From NCBI GenBank assembly GCA_043754275.1, contig JAYUVE010000042.1, positions 10,124 through 74,123 on the forward strand: a stretch of 64,000 bases of DNA, written 5' to 3'. A program made the position numbers and the translations under genes. The DNA is from Microbacteriaceae bacterium. Its GTDB lineage: Bacteria > Actinomycetota > Actinomycetes > Actinomycetales > Microbacteriaceae. Under the pieces are notes generated by a model that ran no database searches, was not told the DNA's origin, and saw only the letters and a list, made by a program, of their open reading frames with translations. Below, in pieces: positions 1 to 11,383 of this stretch (its first letter is position 1; the number at the start of each line of letters is the position of its first letter).

Positions 1-8
1 CTCCACCA

Positions 9-1088
9 CTAGCCGACATAGTTGATCACCGCCCCAAGAAGCGCGCTGAGAAGTGCAACGATGACGACGAGCTGGAGGAGCACCCGCGTGGTGAAAGTGG
101 TGCGCAACATGGCGAGCATCTTCACGTCGATGATGGGACCGAACACCAGGAAAGTCACGATCGACCCCGGCATGAAGGTCGAAGCGAATGGCAGGATGAA
201 GAAGGCGTCGACGTTGGAGCACACGGCGATGATGAAGGCGAGCACCATCATCGCGAGGATCGACCAGAGCGGGTTGCTGCCGAGACTGACGAGTACTCCG
301 CGCGGGATCACGACCTGGATGCCGCCCGCGACAAGCGCACCGATGAACAGGGCTGGCGTGATGACGCTCGACTCGCGCACGAACAAGTCGACGCTCTTGC
401 CCCAGCGCGAGTGCACATGGTCATCGTTGTCGGAGCGGGCGCACTCGGCGGCGAAGCTCGGCGTGAGCAGGCTCCACTGCTGCGGGTGCAGGCTGAACAG
501 CCAGCCAACGATATTGGCGATGGCCAGCCCCCCGATGATCCGACCGAACAGGATGCCGTTGTCGAACCCGAACGCCTGGTAGGTCGTCACGATCGTGATC
601 GGGTTGATGATGGGTGCCGCAAGGAGGAAGGTCATCGACTCCGAGACGCTGAACCCCTTGACGATGAGCCCGCGGGCGAGCGGCACGTTACCGCACTCGC
701 AGACCGGCAGCAGGATTCCGAAGCAGGAGATCACGAGCCGTCGGGCGACCCCGTTGTGCGGCAGCCATCGCACGAGGAGGTCCTCGGGCAGCCACACCTG
801 CACGAGGATCGACAACAGGATGCCCAGGATGACGAACGGCAGCGACTCGATGATGACGCTGATGCTGAGGGTCAGCAGATCTTGGAGGCGATTGGGCAGC
901 GAGAACCCCGCGCCGTCAGCAATGCCACGAACGGCGAGCAGGCCGGCAAGCCCGAGCACGCCCACGATAAGCCAGACCAACCGTGACCGCGGAATCGGGC
1001 CACGCGGCAGGTTGTGGTCGCGGCGGTGGTCGTGCTCGTGAGGGCGGTCGCGCTCGAGCGGGTGCTTATCGAGCGTCGTCATTCCCAC
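9..1088 (-). CDS. DUF318/UPF0718 family permease
   Basis: Multi-TM ORF with LPVCECGNVP and AVCSNVDAF motifs; His-rich N-terminus; TAGGCT 6 nt before GTG suggests a leaderless start. Confidence 0.85.
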   Translation of the reverse strand: MGMTTLDKHPLERDRPHEHDHRRDHNLPRGPIPRSRLVWLIVGVLGLAGLLAVRGIADGAGFSLPNRLQDLLTLSISVIIESLPFVILGILLSILVQVWLPEDLLVRWLPHNGVARRLVISCFGILLPVCECGNVPLARGLIVKGFSVSESMTFLLAAPIINPITIVTTYQAFGFDNGILFGRIIGGLAIANIVGWLFSLHPQQWSLLTPSFAAECARSDNDDHVHSRWGKSVDLFVRESSVITPALFIGALVAGGIQVVIPRGVLVSLGSNPLWSILAMMVLAFIIAVCSNVDAFFILPFASTFMPGSIVTFLVFGPIIDVKMLAMLRTTFTTRVLLQLVVIVALLSALLGAVINYVG

Positions 1089-1178
1089 CCGGGCAGCCTA
1101 ACCGGCTTTGCCCAAAGCCGCGCCGTGGGCACACCGGTTCGTACTGGCACACCGCCACGAGGCCGCGGCCACTCTCGA

Positions 1179-1253
1179 TTCGTTCGCGCAGTGAAGGACA
1201 AATCCTTCCCCCATGACGGGGTCAGCGCCGGTGTCCTTCATTTCGCGAACGAA
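1179..1253. repeat. REP-like imperfect palindrome with GAAGGACA arms
   Basis: TTCGTTCGCG-cag-TGAAGGACA ... TGTCCTTCA-ttt-CGCGAACGAA; related arm sequence recurs near 27282-27305, 45831-45852 and 48841-48862. Confidence 0.65.
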
Positions 1254-1346
1254 AGACGGAGTCCGCCCTGCCTCCCACTTGACGCCCGTTCGGGCAGGCT
1301 GACGCGCAGCTGGCGCGCAGCGCAGCGCAGCGAGCCCGCGGATAGG

Positions 1347-3713
1347 TCAGTCTTCGCTGGGGGCGCTCACTACCTGGCCCGAGCTGCCGGCGCGTCGGGA
1401 GACGCGCGAGCGACCCTGGCCTGGCTGCTTCGGTTCGGGCAGTGCCTCGAGTACGGAGTCGAGAATCTGCTCAGCGTCGTGCGTGCTGATCCTGCGTTGC
1501 TGGCGTGGTGCCTTCACGACAGGGATGTCGAGAATCTCAACTGCCGCCGGGGTGGATTCGGCGGACGCGGGCGCGACGACGGTGGTCTCGGTGTGCGGCA
1601 CAGTGCTCGCGGCGACGCGCGCCAGCGCGTTACGCACGTCTTCGGTGATCGCGTGAGTTCCGGTGCCGCCGACGCCGTTCTTGACCGCACTCGACGAAGG
1701 ACTGGAACCGCCGCCACCGCGATTGCGGTTGCGACGCCCGCCACCCTCCTGCGGAGGCTGGGCAGTCTGCACCTGCTGGCGATGCTTGGTCACGGGGTCG
1801 TGGTGCACGATGATGCCGCGGCCCGCACAGGTCTCACACGGCTCGCTGAAGGTCTCGAGAAGCCCGAGGCCGAGCTTCTTGCGGGTCATCTGCACAAGCC
1901 CAAGAGAGGTGACTTCGGCCACCTGGTGCTTGGTTCGGTCGCGACTGAGACACTCGACTAGGCGGCGCAGCACGAGGTCACGGTTCGACTCGAGCACCAT
2001 GTCGATGAAGTCGACCACGATGATCCCGCCGATATCGCGCAGTCGCAGCTGGCGGACGATCTCTTCGGCGGCTTCGAGGTTGTTCTTGGTGACTGTCTCC
2101 TCGAGGTTGCCGCCCGAACCGACGAACTTGCCCGTGTTGACATCGACTACGGTCATCGCCTCGGTGCGGTCGATCACGAGCGAGCCGCCCGAGGGCAACC
2201 AAACCTTGCGATCGAGCGCCTTCTCGATCTGCTCGGAGACGCGGAACTCGTCGAAGGAGTCGACCTTGCCTTCGTACCTCTGCAGCCGGTCGAGGAGGTC
2301 GGGAGCCACCCCTCGCAGGTAACTCTCGATGGTCTGGCGCGCGTCATCCCCGTCGATCACCAGTTTCTGGAAGTCCTCGTTGAAGACGTCGCGCACGATC
2401 TTGATGAGCAAGTCGGGCTCGGAGTGCAGCAGCGCCGGAGCCTGCTGGGTCTCGACCTGGTGGCTGATCTCGGCCCACTGGCTCGTGAGCCGCTGCACAT
2501 CGAGGGTCAGCTGTTCCTCGGTTGCGCCCTCGGCCGCGGTACGCACGATCACGCCGACGTTCTCCGGGAGCACCTCCTTGAGGATCTTCTTGAGCCGAGC
2601 CCGCTCGGTGTCGGGCAGCTTGCGGCTGATGCCGGACATCGAGCCGTTGGGCACGTAGACGAGGTAGCGACCGGGCAGGGAAACCTGCGAGGTCAGACGC
2701 GCACCCTTGTGTCCGACCGGGTCTTTCGTGACTTGCACGAGCACGCGGTCGCCGGGCTTGAGCGCGAGCTCGATGCGGCGGGCCTGCGTCTTGCCGTCGC
2801 TGTCGAGAGCCGCGGCATCCCAGTCCACTTCACCGGAGTAGAGCACCGCGTTGCGCCCGCGCCCGATGTCGACGAAAGCCGCCTCCATCGAGGGCAGCAC
2901 GTTCTGCACGCGGCCGAGGTAGACGTTGCCGATGAGGCTGGCATCCTGCGACTTGGCGACGTAGTGCTCGACGAGAACGCCGTCTTCGAGCACGGCGATC
3001 TGGATGCGGTCGAACTTCGAGCGGACCACCATGACGCGGTCGACACTCTCGCGGCGGGCGAGGAACTCGCTCTCGGTGACGACGGGTCGGCGACGGCCGG
3101 CGTCGCGTCCATCGCGGCGACGCTGCTTCTTGGCTTCGAGTCGGGTGGAACCTTTGACCCGGGTCGGCTCGTTGCTGAGCACTGGCTCGGGGCGCGGCTG
3201 GCGCACGCGAACGACGGTGTTGGGGGCTTCGTCGCCGGGGCGCGCTTCCTCTCCTGGTCGGCGACGCGAACGACGACGGACCGTACCGCCCTCTTCCCCG
3301 TTGTCGACGGGGCCGTTGCTGGCGCGGCTCGCGCGCTGCGGGGGCAGCGGCGGCAGGTCAGGTGCCTGGAACAACAGTGAGGTGGTCGGGCGGGCGGCAG
3401 GCTTCTCTGCCTTGTCGGAAGGCTCAACCTCTGCGGTCTTCTTCGTGCCGCGCCGGGCAGGGGCCTTGGTGGCGGGAGCCTCTTCAGGGGATGCCCCAGG
3501 CGATGCCTTGACGGATGCCACGCTGGCGGCGACATGGTCGCTGGCCTTCTTCGCGGGGCTCTTGGCTGCCGACCGCTTGCGCACGGGAGCCGCGGCCACC
3601 GCAGCTGGCGGTTCCACCTCAGCCGCAACATCCGGCGTTTCGGCTTTGCGGCCTCCGAACAGTCGCGTCTTCCTCTTGGGGTTCTCTACGTTGTCTTCGC
3701 TTGTGTTCACCAT
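1347..3713 (-). CDS. rne: Ribonuclease E/G family
   Basis: S1 domain GNVYLGRVQNVLPSMEAAFVDIG, DVNTGKF, LRDIGGIIVVDFIDM, CETCAG Zn-link; ATG at 3713 follows AGGAG. Confidence 0.95.
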   Translation of the reverse strand: MVNTSEDNVENPKRKTRLFGGRKAETPDVAAEVEPPAAVAAAPVRKRSAAKSPAKKASDHVAASVASVKASPGASPEEAPATKAPARRGTKKTAEVEPSDKAEKPAARPTTSLLFQAPDLPPLPPQRASRASNGPVDNGEEGGTVRRRSRRRPGEEARPGDEAPNTVVRVRQPRPEPVLSNEPTRVKGSTRLEAKKQRRRDGRDAGRRRPVVTESEFLARRESVDRVMVVRSKFDRIQIAVLEDGVLVEHYVAKSQDASLIGNVYLGRVQNVLPSMEAAFVDIGRGRNAVLYSGEVDWDAAALDSDGKTQARRIELALKPGDRVLVQVTKDPVGHKGARLTSQVSLPGRYLVYVPNGSMSGISRKLPDTERARLKKILKEVLPENVGVIVRTAAEGATEEQLTLDVQRLTSQWAEISHQVETQQAPALLHSEPDLLIKIVRDVFNEDFQKLVIDGDDARQTIESYLRGVAPDLLDRLQRYEGKVDSFDEFRVSEQIEKALDRKVWLPSGGSLVIDRTEAMTVVDVNTGKFVGSGGNLEETVTKNNLEAAEEIVRQLRLRDIGGIIVVDFIDMVLESNRDLVLRRLVECLSRDRTKHQVAEVTSLGLVQMTRKKLGLGLLETFSEPCETCAGRGIIVHHDPVTKHRQQVQTAQPPQEGGGRRNRNRGGGGSSPSSSAVKNGVGGTGTHAITEDVRNALARVAASTVPHTETTVVAPASAESTPAAVEILDIPVVKAPRQQRRISTHDAEQILDSVLEALPEPKQPGQGRSRVSRRAGSSGQVVSAPSED

Positions 3714-4025
3714 TGCTGGTGTACTCCTTGCCCGGGTGGGCAACCGCGCCACCCACCGGGTACTCTCTCGTGCGCTACCCCGCAGCCTTGCGTAAAACTG
3801 CCTGCGGGGCCGCTACTAAAACTCATGGTCTCCGATCGGGCCCTGGGCTCGCGATCGGTTGTGCACTGTCACTGCACGTGCGCTGTCACCACACTCTCGG
3901 AACTGGCTATCCGCCTCGCACAACACTGCTTGTCTGAAACTGTGTTGCGTGCCTGGTCCGGTATGCCCGGTAAGCATTGTTTGGCGTCGTTCCGAGCGCG
4001 GCCCGGACGACTAATGCAAATTATC
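3714..4025 (-). promoter_or_regulatory. Long structured 5' leader of rne
   Basis: ~300-nt gap with GC hairpins (e.g. 3731-3760) and an AT-rich -10-like GATAAT near 4020-4025; long rne leaders are known autoregulatory elements. Confidence 0.45.
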
Positions 4026-4072
4026 GCACGCATTGACAGTGAGTCGTGATTTGGCTCTGCAATAATCCGAGC

Positions 4073-4666
4073 ATGACCGACGCTCAGGCCACTCGCCGCC
4101 CCCTGGCCCTCGCTATTGTCCTGATCGTCACGGGTGCGATCGGCTGGTATGCGGCCTTCTCCCTGATGCTGGACAAGATCGCTGTGCTGACCGACAAGAA
4201 CGCCGATCTTGACTGTAATTTCAGCGTCATCGTGCAGTGCGGCAAGAACCTCGCGTCGTGGCAGGGCGCAATCCTGGGGTTCCCCAACCCAATCCTGGGT
4301 CTCGGCGGCTTCGTCGCTCCCATCGCGGTCGGGGTTGCTCTTCTGGCCGGCGCGAGCTTCGCCCGCTGGTTCTGGATCACCTTCAACGTCGGCGTGCTCG
4401 GCGCCTTCCTGTTCTGCATCTGGCTGCCCTACCAGAGCATCTTCAACCTGGGCACCCTCTGCCCGTGGTGCATGCTGGTCTGGTCGATCGTCATCCCGAT
4501 GTTCTGGACACTGACGCTCTACAACGCCAGGGCCGGGATATTCGGCTCCCGACTGCAGAAGGTCGGCGCACTGCTCTATGGCTGGGTTCCGCTCATCACC
4601 GTGGCGGGCTACATCATCATCCTCGTCGCGGCGCAGGTGCGGCTCGACCTGCTCTCTTACCTGTAA
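4073..4666 (+). CDS. Vitamin K epoxide reductase (VKOR) family disulfide-bond formation protein
   Basis: CNFSVIVQC loop cysteines, GFPNPILG, CPWC active site, TM helices. Confidence 0.92.
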   Translation: MTDAQATRRPLALAIVLIVTGAIGWYAAFSLMLDKIAVLTDKNADLDCNFSVIVQCGKNLASWQGAILGFPNPILGLGGFVAPIAVGVALLAGASFARWFWITFNVGVLGAFLFCIWLPYQSIFNLGTLCPWCMLVWSIVIPMFWTLTLYNARAGIFGSRLQKVGALLYGWVPLITVAGYIIILVAAQVRLDLLSYL

Positions 4667-4704
4667 CATCCCGACGAGCATCCCCTGAGCACGAAAGAGC
4701 AACA

Positions 4705-5580
4705 GTGACTCCAGAACGACTGACCAAAAAGCAGAAGCAGGAACAGGCGAGAGAAGCGGCTCGACTGGCCAGGCAGGCCCAGAAGGTGCACCAACGGCGC
4801 CAGCGCTGGGTGCTCCAGGGCGGAGTAATTGTTGCGCTCCTCGCGGTCGTCGCCGTTGTCGGCCTCGTGGTGTTCAACGCCACTCGCCCTCCGACGCCGG
4901 GGCCGCTGAATATGCTCAGCGACGGCATCCTCATCTCTGGAAACGGCACGACGGCGACCGCAGTCACTACCACAGCGCTGCAGCCCAACAAAACCCCGGT
5001 TCCGACAGACCCGAGCAAGTCCAAGAACACGGCAAACATCGTGATGTATGTGGACTACCAGTGCCCCTTCTGCAAGCAGTTTGAGGCCACCAATGCCGAG
5101 CAGATCACGAAATGGGTGACCGACGGCATGGCGACGGTCGAGATCCACCCCATCGCGATCCTGGACAATTCTTCTCAGGGCACGAAGTACTCGACCCGCG
5201 CCGCCAACGCCGCGGCCTGCGTTGCCAACTTCGACCCGAACAACTATCTCGCCGTGAACACTGCGCTCTTCGCGAACCAGCCCGCCGAACAGACCCCCGG
5301 CCTCACCGACGATCAACTGAAGGCCCTCGTGAAGACGGCGGGCGCGGGCGGTGCCGACGTGGCGTCGTGCATCTCGAGCCAGACCTTCGCCAGCTGGGTG
5401 AGTGCTGCGACCAAGCGTGCGCTGGCCGGCCCGCTGCCGAACTCCGACACCAAGACGGTCGCGGGCACCCCTACCGTGATCGTCGATGGCAAGAAGTATC
5501 CGGGTGCGCTCGACGACGCAAACGCTTTCTACAGCTTCGTCGGCAAGCAGGTCATTGACGCGTCCGGTAGCACGAAGTAA
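4705..5580 (+). CDS. Membrane-anchored DsbA-family thiol-disulfide oxidoreductase
   Basis: N-terminal TM, YVDYQCPFC, cis-Pro motif GTPT; adjacent to VKOR. Confidence 0.88.
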   Translation: MTPERLTKKQKQEQAREAARLARQAQKVHQRRQRWVLQGGVIVALLAVVAVVGLVVFNATRPPTPGPLNMLSDGILISGNGTTATAVTTTALQPNKTPVPTDPSKSKNTANIVMYVDYQCPFCKQFEATNAEQITKWVTDGMATVEIHPIAILDNSSQGTKYSTRAANAAACVANFDPNNYLAVNTALFANQPAEQTPGLTDDQLKALVKTAGAGGADVASCISSQTFASWVSAATKRALAGPLPNSDTKTVAGTPTVIVDGKKYPGALDDANAFYSFVGKQVIDASGSTK

Positions 5581-5594
5581 CGCGCGGCGCGCTA

Positions 5595-6008
5595 CTAAAA
5601 CCAGAGGGCTAGTTCCCGCGCCGCGCTCTCGGGCGAGTCACTGCCGTGCACGAGGTTCTGCTGCACCTTGAGCCCCCAGTCCCGTGCGAGATCGCCTCGG
5701 ATGGTGCCGGGCGCCGCCGTGGTCGGGTCGGTCGTGCCCGCCAGCGAGCGGAATCCCTCGATCACTCGGTTGCCGGCGATGCGAAGCGCGACGATCGGGC
5801 CGCTCTGCATGAATTCGACGAGCGGTTCGTAGAACGGCTTGCCGTGGTGCTCTTCGTAGTGCGCGGCCAGGAGGTCGAGGTCTGCCAGCAGGTACTTCAC
5901 GTCAACCAGCTGGTAACCCTTCGCCTCGATGCGGCGCAGGATTTCGCCGGTCAGGTTGCGGGCAACTCCGTCGGGCTTGACGAGGACGAGGGTTTCTTCG
6001 ACGGTCAT
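5595..6008 (-). CDS. ndk: Nucleoside diphosphate kinase
   Basis: TLVLVKPDGV, PGTIRGD, NLVHGSDS. Confidence 0.97.
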   Translation of the reverse strand: MTVEETLVLVKPDGVARNLTGEILRRIEAKGYQLVDVKYLLADLDLLAAHYEEHHGKPFYEPLVEFMQSGPIVALRIAGNRVIEGFRSLAGTTDPTTAAPGTIRGDLARDWGLKVQQNLVHGSDSPESAARELALWF

Positions 6009-6424
6009 GAGTTCTCCTTGGTGGGTGTAGTTGGCGCCGCGCCGAGTTTGGCTTTGTCGAGCGCTCGTCCTTTGACGAAGCAGAAAATCCAGATCGCGAC
6101 GAATGCCGCCGCGACGACAAACATGACCGGCAGGAAGACGCCAGTGGCGATGAGGGTCGCCTGCGCCACCCAACCCAGCCATACCCCCCAGGAGTAGCGC
6201 AGCAGACCCGCGACGATCACGAGCGCGAGGATGAGGCCCACTCCCCCGCCGAAGGCAGCGGCAGGAGGCAAAGCCTTCAGCCCGAACGCGGTGAGCATGA
6301 CGAAGAACACCAGGATCGCCTCGAGGCTGAGCACGATGCTGAGCAGGCTCTCGGTCACGCTGCGGGCGCGGCGCGGCTTGCGTGCCGCGGAGCGGCCAGC
6401 GTCACCGTTGGGTGCCGCGGTCAC
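6005..6424 (-). CDS. DUF4233-like membrane protein
   Basis: 4 TM helices; conserved position between folC and ndk; GTGA overlap with the folC stop. Confidence 0.75.
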   Translation of the reverse strand: MTAAPNGDAGRSAARKPRRARSVTESLLSIVLSLEAILVFFVMLTAFGLKALPPAAAFGGGVGLILALVIVAGLLRYSWGVWLGWVAQATLIATGVFLPVMFVVAAAFVAIWIFCFVKGRALDKAKLGAAPTTPTKENS

Positions 6425-7896
6425 CGCTTCCACCCCTCGGTGGCGCCGAGCGCGATCGCCTCGCCGACGAGGGTGATGGAGCCGGTGACGACGACCGCGC
6501 GGCGAGGCTCTTCCGCAGCCCAGTTGCGGGCATCCCGTATCGCTGCCTCGAACGACTCGAATTCGTAAGTCGCGTCGTCGCTGGTGAACTCGCCCACGAG
6601 CTCGGCGAGCTCGCCGTGGGGGATCGCCCGGTCAGATTGCGACTGGGTGACGTGGATGCGCGTGGCCAAGGGAGCCAGAGCCGCAAGAATGCCGCGGGCA
6701 TCCTTGTCTTGCAATATCCCGATCACGAAGGTGATCTCGTCGAAGCCGAAGTACGTGCCCAGGGCCGCGGCCAGGGCTTGTGCGCCATGCGGGTTGTGCG
6801 CGGCATCCACGAGCACTGTCGGCTCCGTCCCGATGATCTGCAACCGGCCGGGGGATGTCGCGGTCGCAAGCCCCTCCACGAGCACCTCGCCCACGAGCGG
6901 TCGGTCCCCCCCGCCGAGGAACGACTCGACTGCGGAGATCGCGAGCGTCGCGTTGTGGCCCTGGTGCTCGCCGAACAGCGGTAGGAACAGGTCACGGTAG
7001 GTGCCGGCGAGGCCGCGGACGGTGATGACCTGTCCGCCGACCGCGATCGCACTGCTCTCGAGCGCGAACGAGGTGCCTTCTACCGAGAACGTCGACTCGG
7101 TGAGCTCTGCCGCGCGTTCGAGTTCGGCCAGGGCATCCGGCGATTGCAGCGCGGAGACGATGTTGGCGACCGGCTTGATGATGCCCGCCTTGGTGCGCGC
7201 GATCTCAGCCACGGTCGACCCGAGCCGCTGGGTGTGGTCGAGGGCAATCGGGGTGAACACCGCGACCTGCCCGTCACCGACGTTGGTGGAATCCCACTCG
7301 CCACCCATGCCGACCTCGATGACAGCGACATCGACCGGTGCGTCGGCGAAGGCCGCAAAGGCCAGCACCGTGAGTGCCTCGAAGAAGGTCAGCGGCTCCT
7401 CGTTCTTTGTCTCGAGTTCGGCGTCGACAAGGTCGATGAACGGCCGGATGTCGTCCCAGTTCGACGCGAGCGCCCGGTTCGAGATGGGCTGGCCGTCGAT
7501 CACGATCCGTTCGTTGAATCGAACCAGGTGCGGGCTCGTCATGAGCCCGGTACGCAGGCCGTATGCCCTGAGGATGCTCTCGGTGATGCGACTCGTCGAG
7601 GTCTTGCCGTTGGTGCCGGTGATGTGGATGATCGGGTAGCTGCGCTGCGGATCCCCGAGCAACTCGACCGCTCGTCGGGTGGCACTGAGCCGCGGCTGGG
7701 GGGCGGACTCTCCGACACGGGAGAGAAGTTCTTCGTAGACCCGGTCGGCATCCTCCTGGTATTCGGCGTCTTCGAGCTCGTAGTCGGAGTCGTCGTCGAG
7801 ATTGGTGCCCTCGTTGCCGTCGGCGAACGGGCTCAGGTCGGCGAGTGGGTTCTCCGACGGCTCAGCGTCGTCAAACTCGTCTTCGCGCTCAGACAC
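6421..7896 (-). CDS. folC: Folylpolyglutamate synthase/dihydrofolate synthase
   Basis: [26 protein letters not shown]; GTG start overlaps the ileS end. Confidence 0.95.
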   Translation of the reverse strand: MSEREDEFDDAEPSENPLADLSPFADGNEGTNLDDDSDYELEDAEYQEDADRVYEELLSRVGESAPQPRLSATRRAVELLGDPQRSYPIIHITGTNGKTSTSRITESILRAYGLRTGLMTSPHLVRFNERIVIDGQPISNRALASNWDDIRPFIDLVDAELETKNEEPLTFFEALTVLAFAAFADAPVDVAVIEVGMGGEWDSTNVGDGQVAVFTPIALDHTQRLGSTVAEIARTKAGIIKPVANIVSALQSPDALAELERAAELTESTFSVEGTSFALESSAIAVGGQVITVRGLAGTYRDLFLPLFGEHQGHNATLAISAVESFLGGGDRPLVGEVLVEGLATATSPGRLQIIGTEPTVLVDAAHNPHGAQALAAALGTYFGFDEITFVIGILQDKDARGILAALAPLATRIHVTQSQSDRAIPHGELAELVGEFTSDDATYEFESFEAAIRDARNWAAEEPRRAVVVTGSITLVGEAIALGATEGWKR

Positions 7897-10800
7897 TGAC
7901 GGCTCCCGTCTTCCAGACATCAATAACAAGTACACCAGTGTTTGCATACTGGCCGGAAGCGAGCGTCGCCCGCTGCGACCCGGCCGCCGAGCCAAGGGCA
8001 GCTGCCGCTTCCGGCTCGGGTGAAACCGCGAAGTCGGTCTCGAGCGCCAGGGTCTCCCCCGCGATCATTTCGGCGAAGGATTTCAGGGCCGCGATGTCGT
8101 CGGCGGAAGACCCGGTGACGGCGAAGGTGATCCGGTCGCTGACGTCGAGGCCAGCCGCCTTGCGGGTGTCCTGGATGGCACGCACGAGGTCACGCGCGAG
8201 ACCCTCCGCCTCAAGCTCAGGTGTGGTCTCGATGTCGAGGATGACGAAGCCGCCGTCGCCGAGGAAGGCGATCGCGGATGACGCGTCGGCCGCCTCCAGC
8301 TCCAGGTCGTACTCGCCGGGCTGCAGGGCCTCCCCGCCGACTGTGACCACCTCACCGGACTGCACCCAGTCGCCGGCCTTCGCCGCCTGGATCACCTGCT
8401 GCACCTGCTTGCCCAACCGCGGCCCGAGGGCGCGGGCATTGATCGTGAGCTTGCGGGTGATGCCAAAGGACTCGAGCTCTTCGAGTGGCTCGAACGCGAC
8501 CGCCTTCACGTTGAGTTCATCGCGCAAGATCTCGTCGACCCCTTCGAACCAGTCGTCGCGGGCTGTCACGACCGTGAGCTTCGCGAGCGGCAAACGCACG
8601 CGCAGGTTGCGAACCTTACGCAACGCGAGCCCGGCGGAGGCGATCTCGCGGGCGTAGTCCATCTCGGCGACGAGTGCATGGTCCTCGGGGAATGCCGCGG
8701 CATCCGGCCAATCCTCGAGGTGCACGCTGCGGCCCCCGGTCAGCCCGCGCCACATCTCCTCCGCAACAAGCGGAATGAGTGGCGCGGCAACCCGCGTGAC
8801 AGTCTCGAGCACCGTGTACAGGGTGTCGAACGCGTCGGGGTCGCCCTGCCAGAACCTGTCCCGGCTGCGCCGCACATACCAGTTGGTGAGCACGTCGGCG
8901 AAGTCGCGCAGGCGCGCGGCGGCGAACGGGCTGTCGAAGTCCTCAAGCTCGGTGGTGACCTCGTCGACGAGCTCGCGGGTCTTGGCGAGGATGTACTTGT
9001 CCAACAGGTTCGTCGAGTCAGCCCTCACCGCTGCTGTGTGGTTTGACGCATTGGCATACAACGTGAAGAAGTAGTACGTGCTCCATAGCGGCAGCAGCAG
9101 TTCGCGCACTCCGCCGCGGATCCCCTCCTCGGTCACGACGAGGTTGCCGCCGCGGATCACCGAGGACGACATCAGGAACCAGCGCATCGCATCCGCGCCG
9201 TCCCGGTCGAAGACCTCGTTGACATCGGGGTAATTGCGCAGGCTCTTCGACATCTTCTGCCCGTCGCTACCGAGCACTATGCCGTGGCTGATGACGTTCT
9301 TGAAAGCCGGCCGGTCGAAGAGTGCCGTCGACAGCACGTGCATGAGGTAGAACCAGCCTCGCGTCTGGCCGATGTACTCGACGATGAAGTCCGCAGGATT
9401 GTGGGTGGCGAACCACTCCTGGTTCTCGAAGGGATAGTGCACCTGGGCATAGGGCATCGAGCCGGAGTCGAACCAGACGTCGAAGATGTCGGTGATGCGT
9501 CGCATCGTGGACTTGCCGGTCGGGTCGTCGGGGTTGGGGCGCGTTAGCTCGTCGATGTGTGGCCGGTGCAGGTCGCTAGGGCGCACCCCGAAGTCGGCCT
9601 CGAGCTCGTCGAGCGAGCCGTAGACGTCGACGCGCGGGTACTCGGGGTTGTCGCTCTTCCACACCGGGATGGGGCTGCCCCAGTAGCGGTTGCGGCTGAT
9701 CGACCAGTCGCGCGCGTTGGCGAGCCACTTGCCGAACTGGCCGTCCTTAACGTTCTCGGGCACCCAGTTGATCTCTTGGTTCAGTTCGCCCATCCGGTCG
9801 CGGAACTCGGGCACCTTCACGAACCAGCTGGACACCGCCTTGTAGATGAGCGGGTTGCGGCAGCGCCAGCAGTGCGGGTAGCTGTGCTCGTAGCTCGCGA
9901 CCTTGAGCAGGCGTGCGTCGGTGCGCAGCTTCTGCACGAGCGTCTTGTTCGCGTCGAAGACCTGCAGCCCCGCGACCTCGGCAATCAGCGGCAGGAATCT
10001 GCCACCCTCGTCGACCGACAGGATGACCGGGATGCCGGCCGCGGCGCACACCACCTGGTCGTCCTCGCCGTAGGCAGGGGCCTGGTGCACGATGCCGGTG
10101 CCCTCCCCGGTGGCAACGTAGTCGGCGACGAGGATCTGCCAGGCGTTCTCGGTGCCCCATTCGGCGGCGTCCGCGTAGTAGTCCCAGAGGCGGGCGTAGC
10201 GCACGCCCTCGAGCTCGCGACCCTTCAGCGTCTTCGTGACGACGACATCCGCCGCCGAGGCATAGCCGAGTTCCTTGAAGTAGGAGGGGATGGTGTCCTG
10301 CGCGAGCAGGAAGGCCGCGACCCCCTCGGCCGAGCCGTCCCCAGCGCCGAGCGGGCCGGACGGCACGACGGCGTACTCGACGTCGGGGCCGACCGCGAGG
10401 GCGAGGTTGGTGGGCAGGGTCCAGGGCGTGGTCGTCCAGGCGAGAGCCTTCACGGCGGTGAGCCCCAGGCTCTCGGCCTTGGCCCCGTCGAGCGGAAAGG
10501 TCACCGTCACCGCCTGGTCCTGGCGCATTCGGTAGACGTCGTCATCCATGCGCAACTCATGGTTCGACAGCGGGGTCTGGTCGCGCCAGCAGTAGGGCAG
10601 CACTCGGTAGCCCTCGTAGGCGAGACCCTTGTCATAGAGCTGCTTGAACGCCCAGATCACGCTTTCCATAAAGGTGGGGTCGAGGGTCTTGTAGTCGTTC
10701 TCGAAGTCGACCCAGCGGGCCATCCTCGTGACGTACTCCTCCCACTCCTTGGTGTACTTGAGCACCCCGGCACGTGCGGCCTCGTTGAAGGCCGCGATCC

Positions 10801-11155
10801 CCATCTCCTCGATTTGGGCTTTGTCGGTGATGCCCAGCTGGCGCTCGGCCTCGAGTTCGGCGGGCAGACCGTGGGTATCCCAGCCGAAGCGGCGCTGCAC
10901 CTGCTTGCCGCGCATGGTCTGGAACCGGGGGAAGAGATCTTTCGCATAGCCGGTGAGCAGGTGGCCGTAGTGCGGCAGACCGTTGGCGAAGGGTGGCCCG
11001 TCGTAGAAAACCCATTCGGGTGCGCCATCGCGCTGGTCGATGGACGCCTGGAAGGTGCCATCCTGCTTCCAGTAAGCGAGCACCTGCTCCTCGATCGCCG
11101 GGAAGCGCGGCGACGGGCTGACCGAGTCGTCGGGGGTGTGGCGGGGGTACGGCAT
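7889..11155 (-). CDS. ileS: Isoleucine-tRNA ligase (type 2)
   Basis: [39 protein letters not shown]; AGGAG before ATG at 11155. Confidence 0.97.
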   Translation of the reverse strand: MPYPRHTPDDSVSPSPRFPAIEEQVLAYWKQDGTFQASIDQRDGAPEWVFYDGPPFANGLPHYGHLLTGYAKDLFPRFQTMRGKQVQRRFGWDTHGLPAELEAERQLGITDKAQIEEMGIAAFNEAARAGVLKYTKEWEEYVTRMARWVDFENDYKTLDPTFMESVIWAFKQLYDKGLAYEGYRVLPYCWRDQTPLSNHELRMDDDVYRMRQDQAVTVTFPLDGAKAESLGLTAVKALAWTTTPWTLPTNLALAVGPDVEYAVVPSGPLGAGDGSAEGVAAFLLAQDTIPSYFKELGYASAADVVVTKTLKGRELEGVRYARLWDYYADAAEWGTENAWQILVADYVATGEGTGIVHQAPAYGEDDQVVCAAAGIPVILSVDEGGRFLPLIAEVAGLQVFDANKTLVQKLRTDARLLKVASYEHSYPHCWRCRNPLIYKAVSSWFVKVPEFRDRMGELNQEINWVPENVKDGQFGKWLANARDWSISRNRYWGSPIPVWKSDNPEYPRVDVYGSLDELEADFGVRPSDLHRPHIDELTRPNPDDPTGKSTMRRITDIFDVWFDSGSMPYAQVHYPFENQEWFATHNPADFIVEYIGQTRGWFYLMHVLSTALFDRPAFKNVISHGIVLGSDGQKMSKSLRNYPDVNEVFDRDGADAMRWFLMSSSVIRGGNLVVTEEGIRGGVRELLLPLWSTYYFFTLYANASNHTAAVRADSTNLLDKYILAKTRELVDEVTTELEDFDSPFAAARLRDFADVLTNWYVRRSRDRFWQGDPDAFDTLYTVLETVTRVAAPLIPLVAEEMWRGLTGGRSVHLEDWPDAAAFPEDHALVAEMDYAREIASAGLALRKVRNLRVRLPLAKLTVVTARDDWFEGVDEILRDELNVKAVAFEPLEELESFGITRKLTINARALGPRLGKQVQQVIQAAKAGDWVQSGEVVTVGGEALQPGEYDLELEAADASSAIAFLGDGGFVILDIETTPELEAEGLARDLVRAIQDTRKAAGLDVSDRITFAVTGSSADDIAALKSFAEMIAGETLALETDFAVSPEPEAAAALGSAAGSQRATLASGQYANTGVLVIDVWKTGAVSV

Positions 11156-11159
11156 CGAG

Positions 11160-11372
11160 GCTCCTGTGCTGTGGAATCTGCACGAGGACGACACTGTGTT
11201 TACAACTACAGTGCCGCGGTACCACCCCGCTTGCCACCCTTCGGCGACCACTCAAACTGCGCTCGGTTCTACTGGGCGTGTCGACCGACCGCCGCGATGG
11301 TGGTCGGTGCTGGCCGTAAGCTCCAGCGCGCTGTTCTTCCGAAGGCTCCCCGTTGATAGCGGATCACTGCCT
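11160..11372 (-). promoter_or_regulatory. Actinobacterial translational ileS T-box riboswitch
   Basis: Minus strand reads GATCCGCT-ATC-AACGGGGAGCCTTCGGAAGAAC (Ile specifier ATC at 11355-11357) and T-box GGGGTGGTACCGCG at ~11215-11228, upstream of the RBS. Confidence 0.9.
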
Positions 11373-11383
11373 GCGCCCCTATT

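Noticed and set aside
7889-11155. Acquired mupirocin-resistance ileS
   Set aside because: Type 2 IleRS in the core ileS-folC-ndk context with its T-box is normal for Actinobacteria.
9557-11356. Long antisense ORFs (also 24170-26218, 41887-43440, 55811-57799)
   Set aside because: Shadow frames of high-GC genes with no recognisable motifs.
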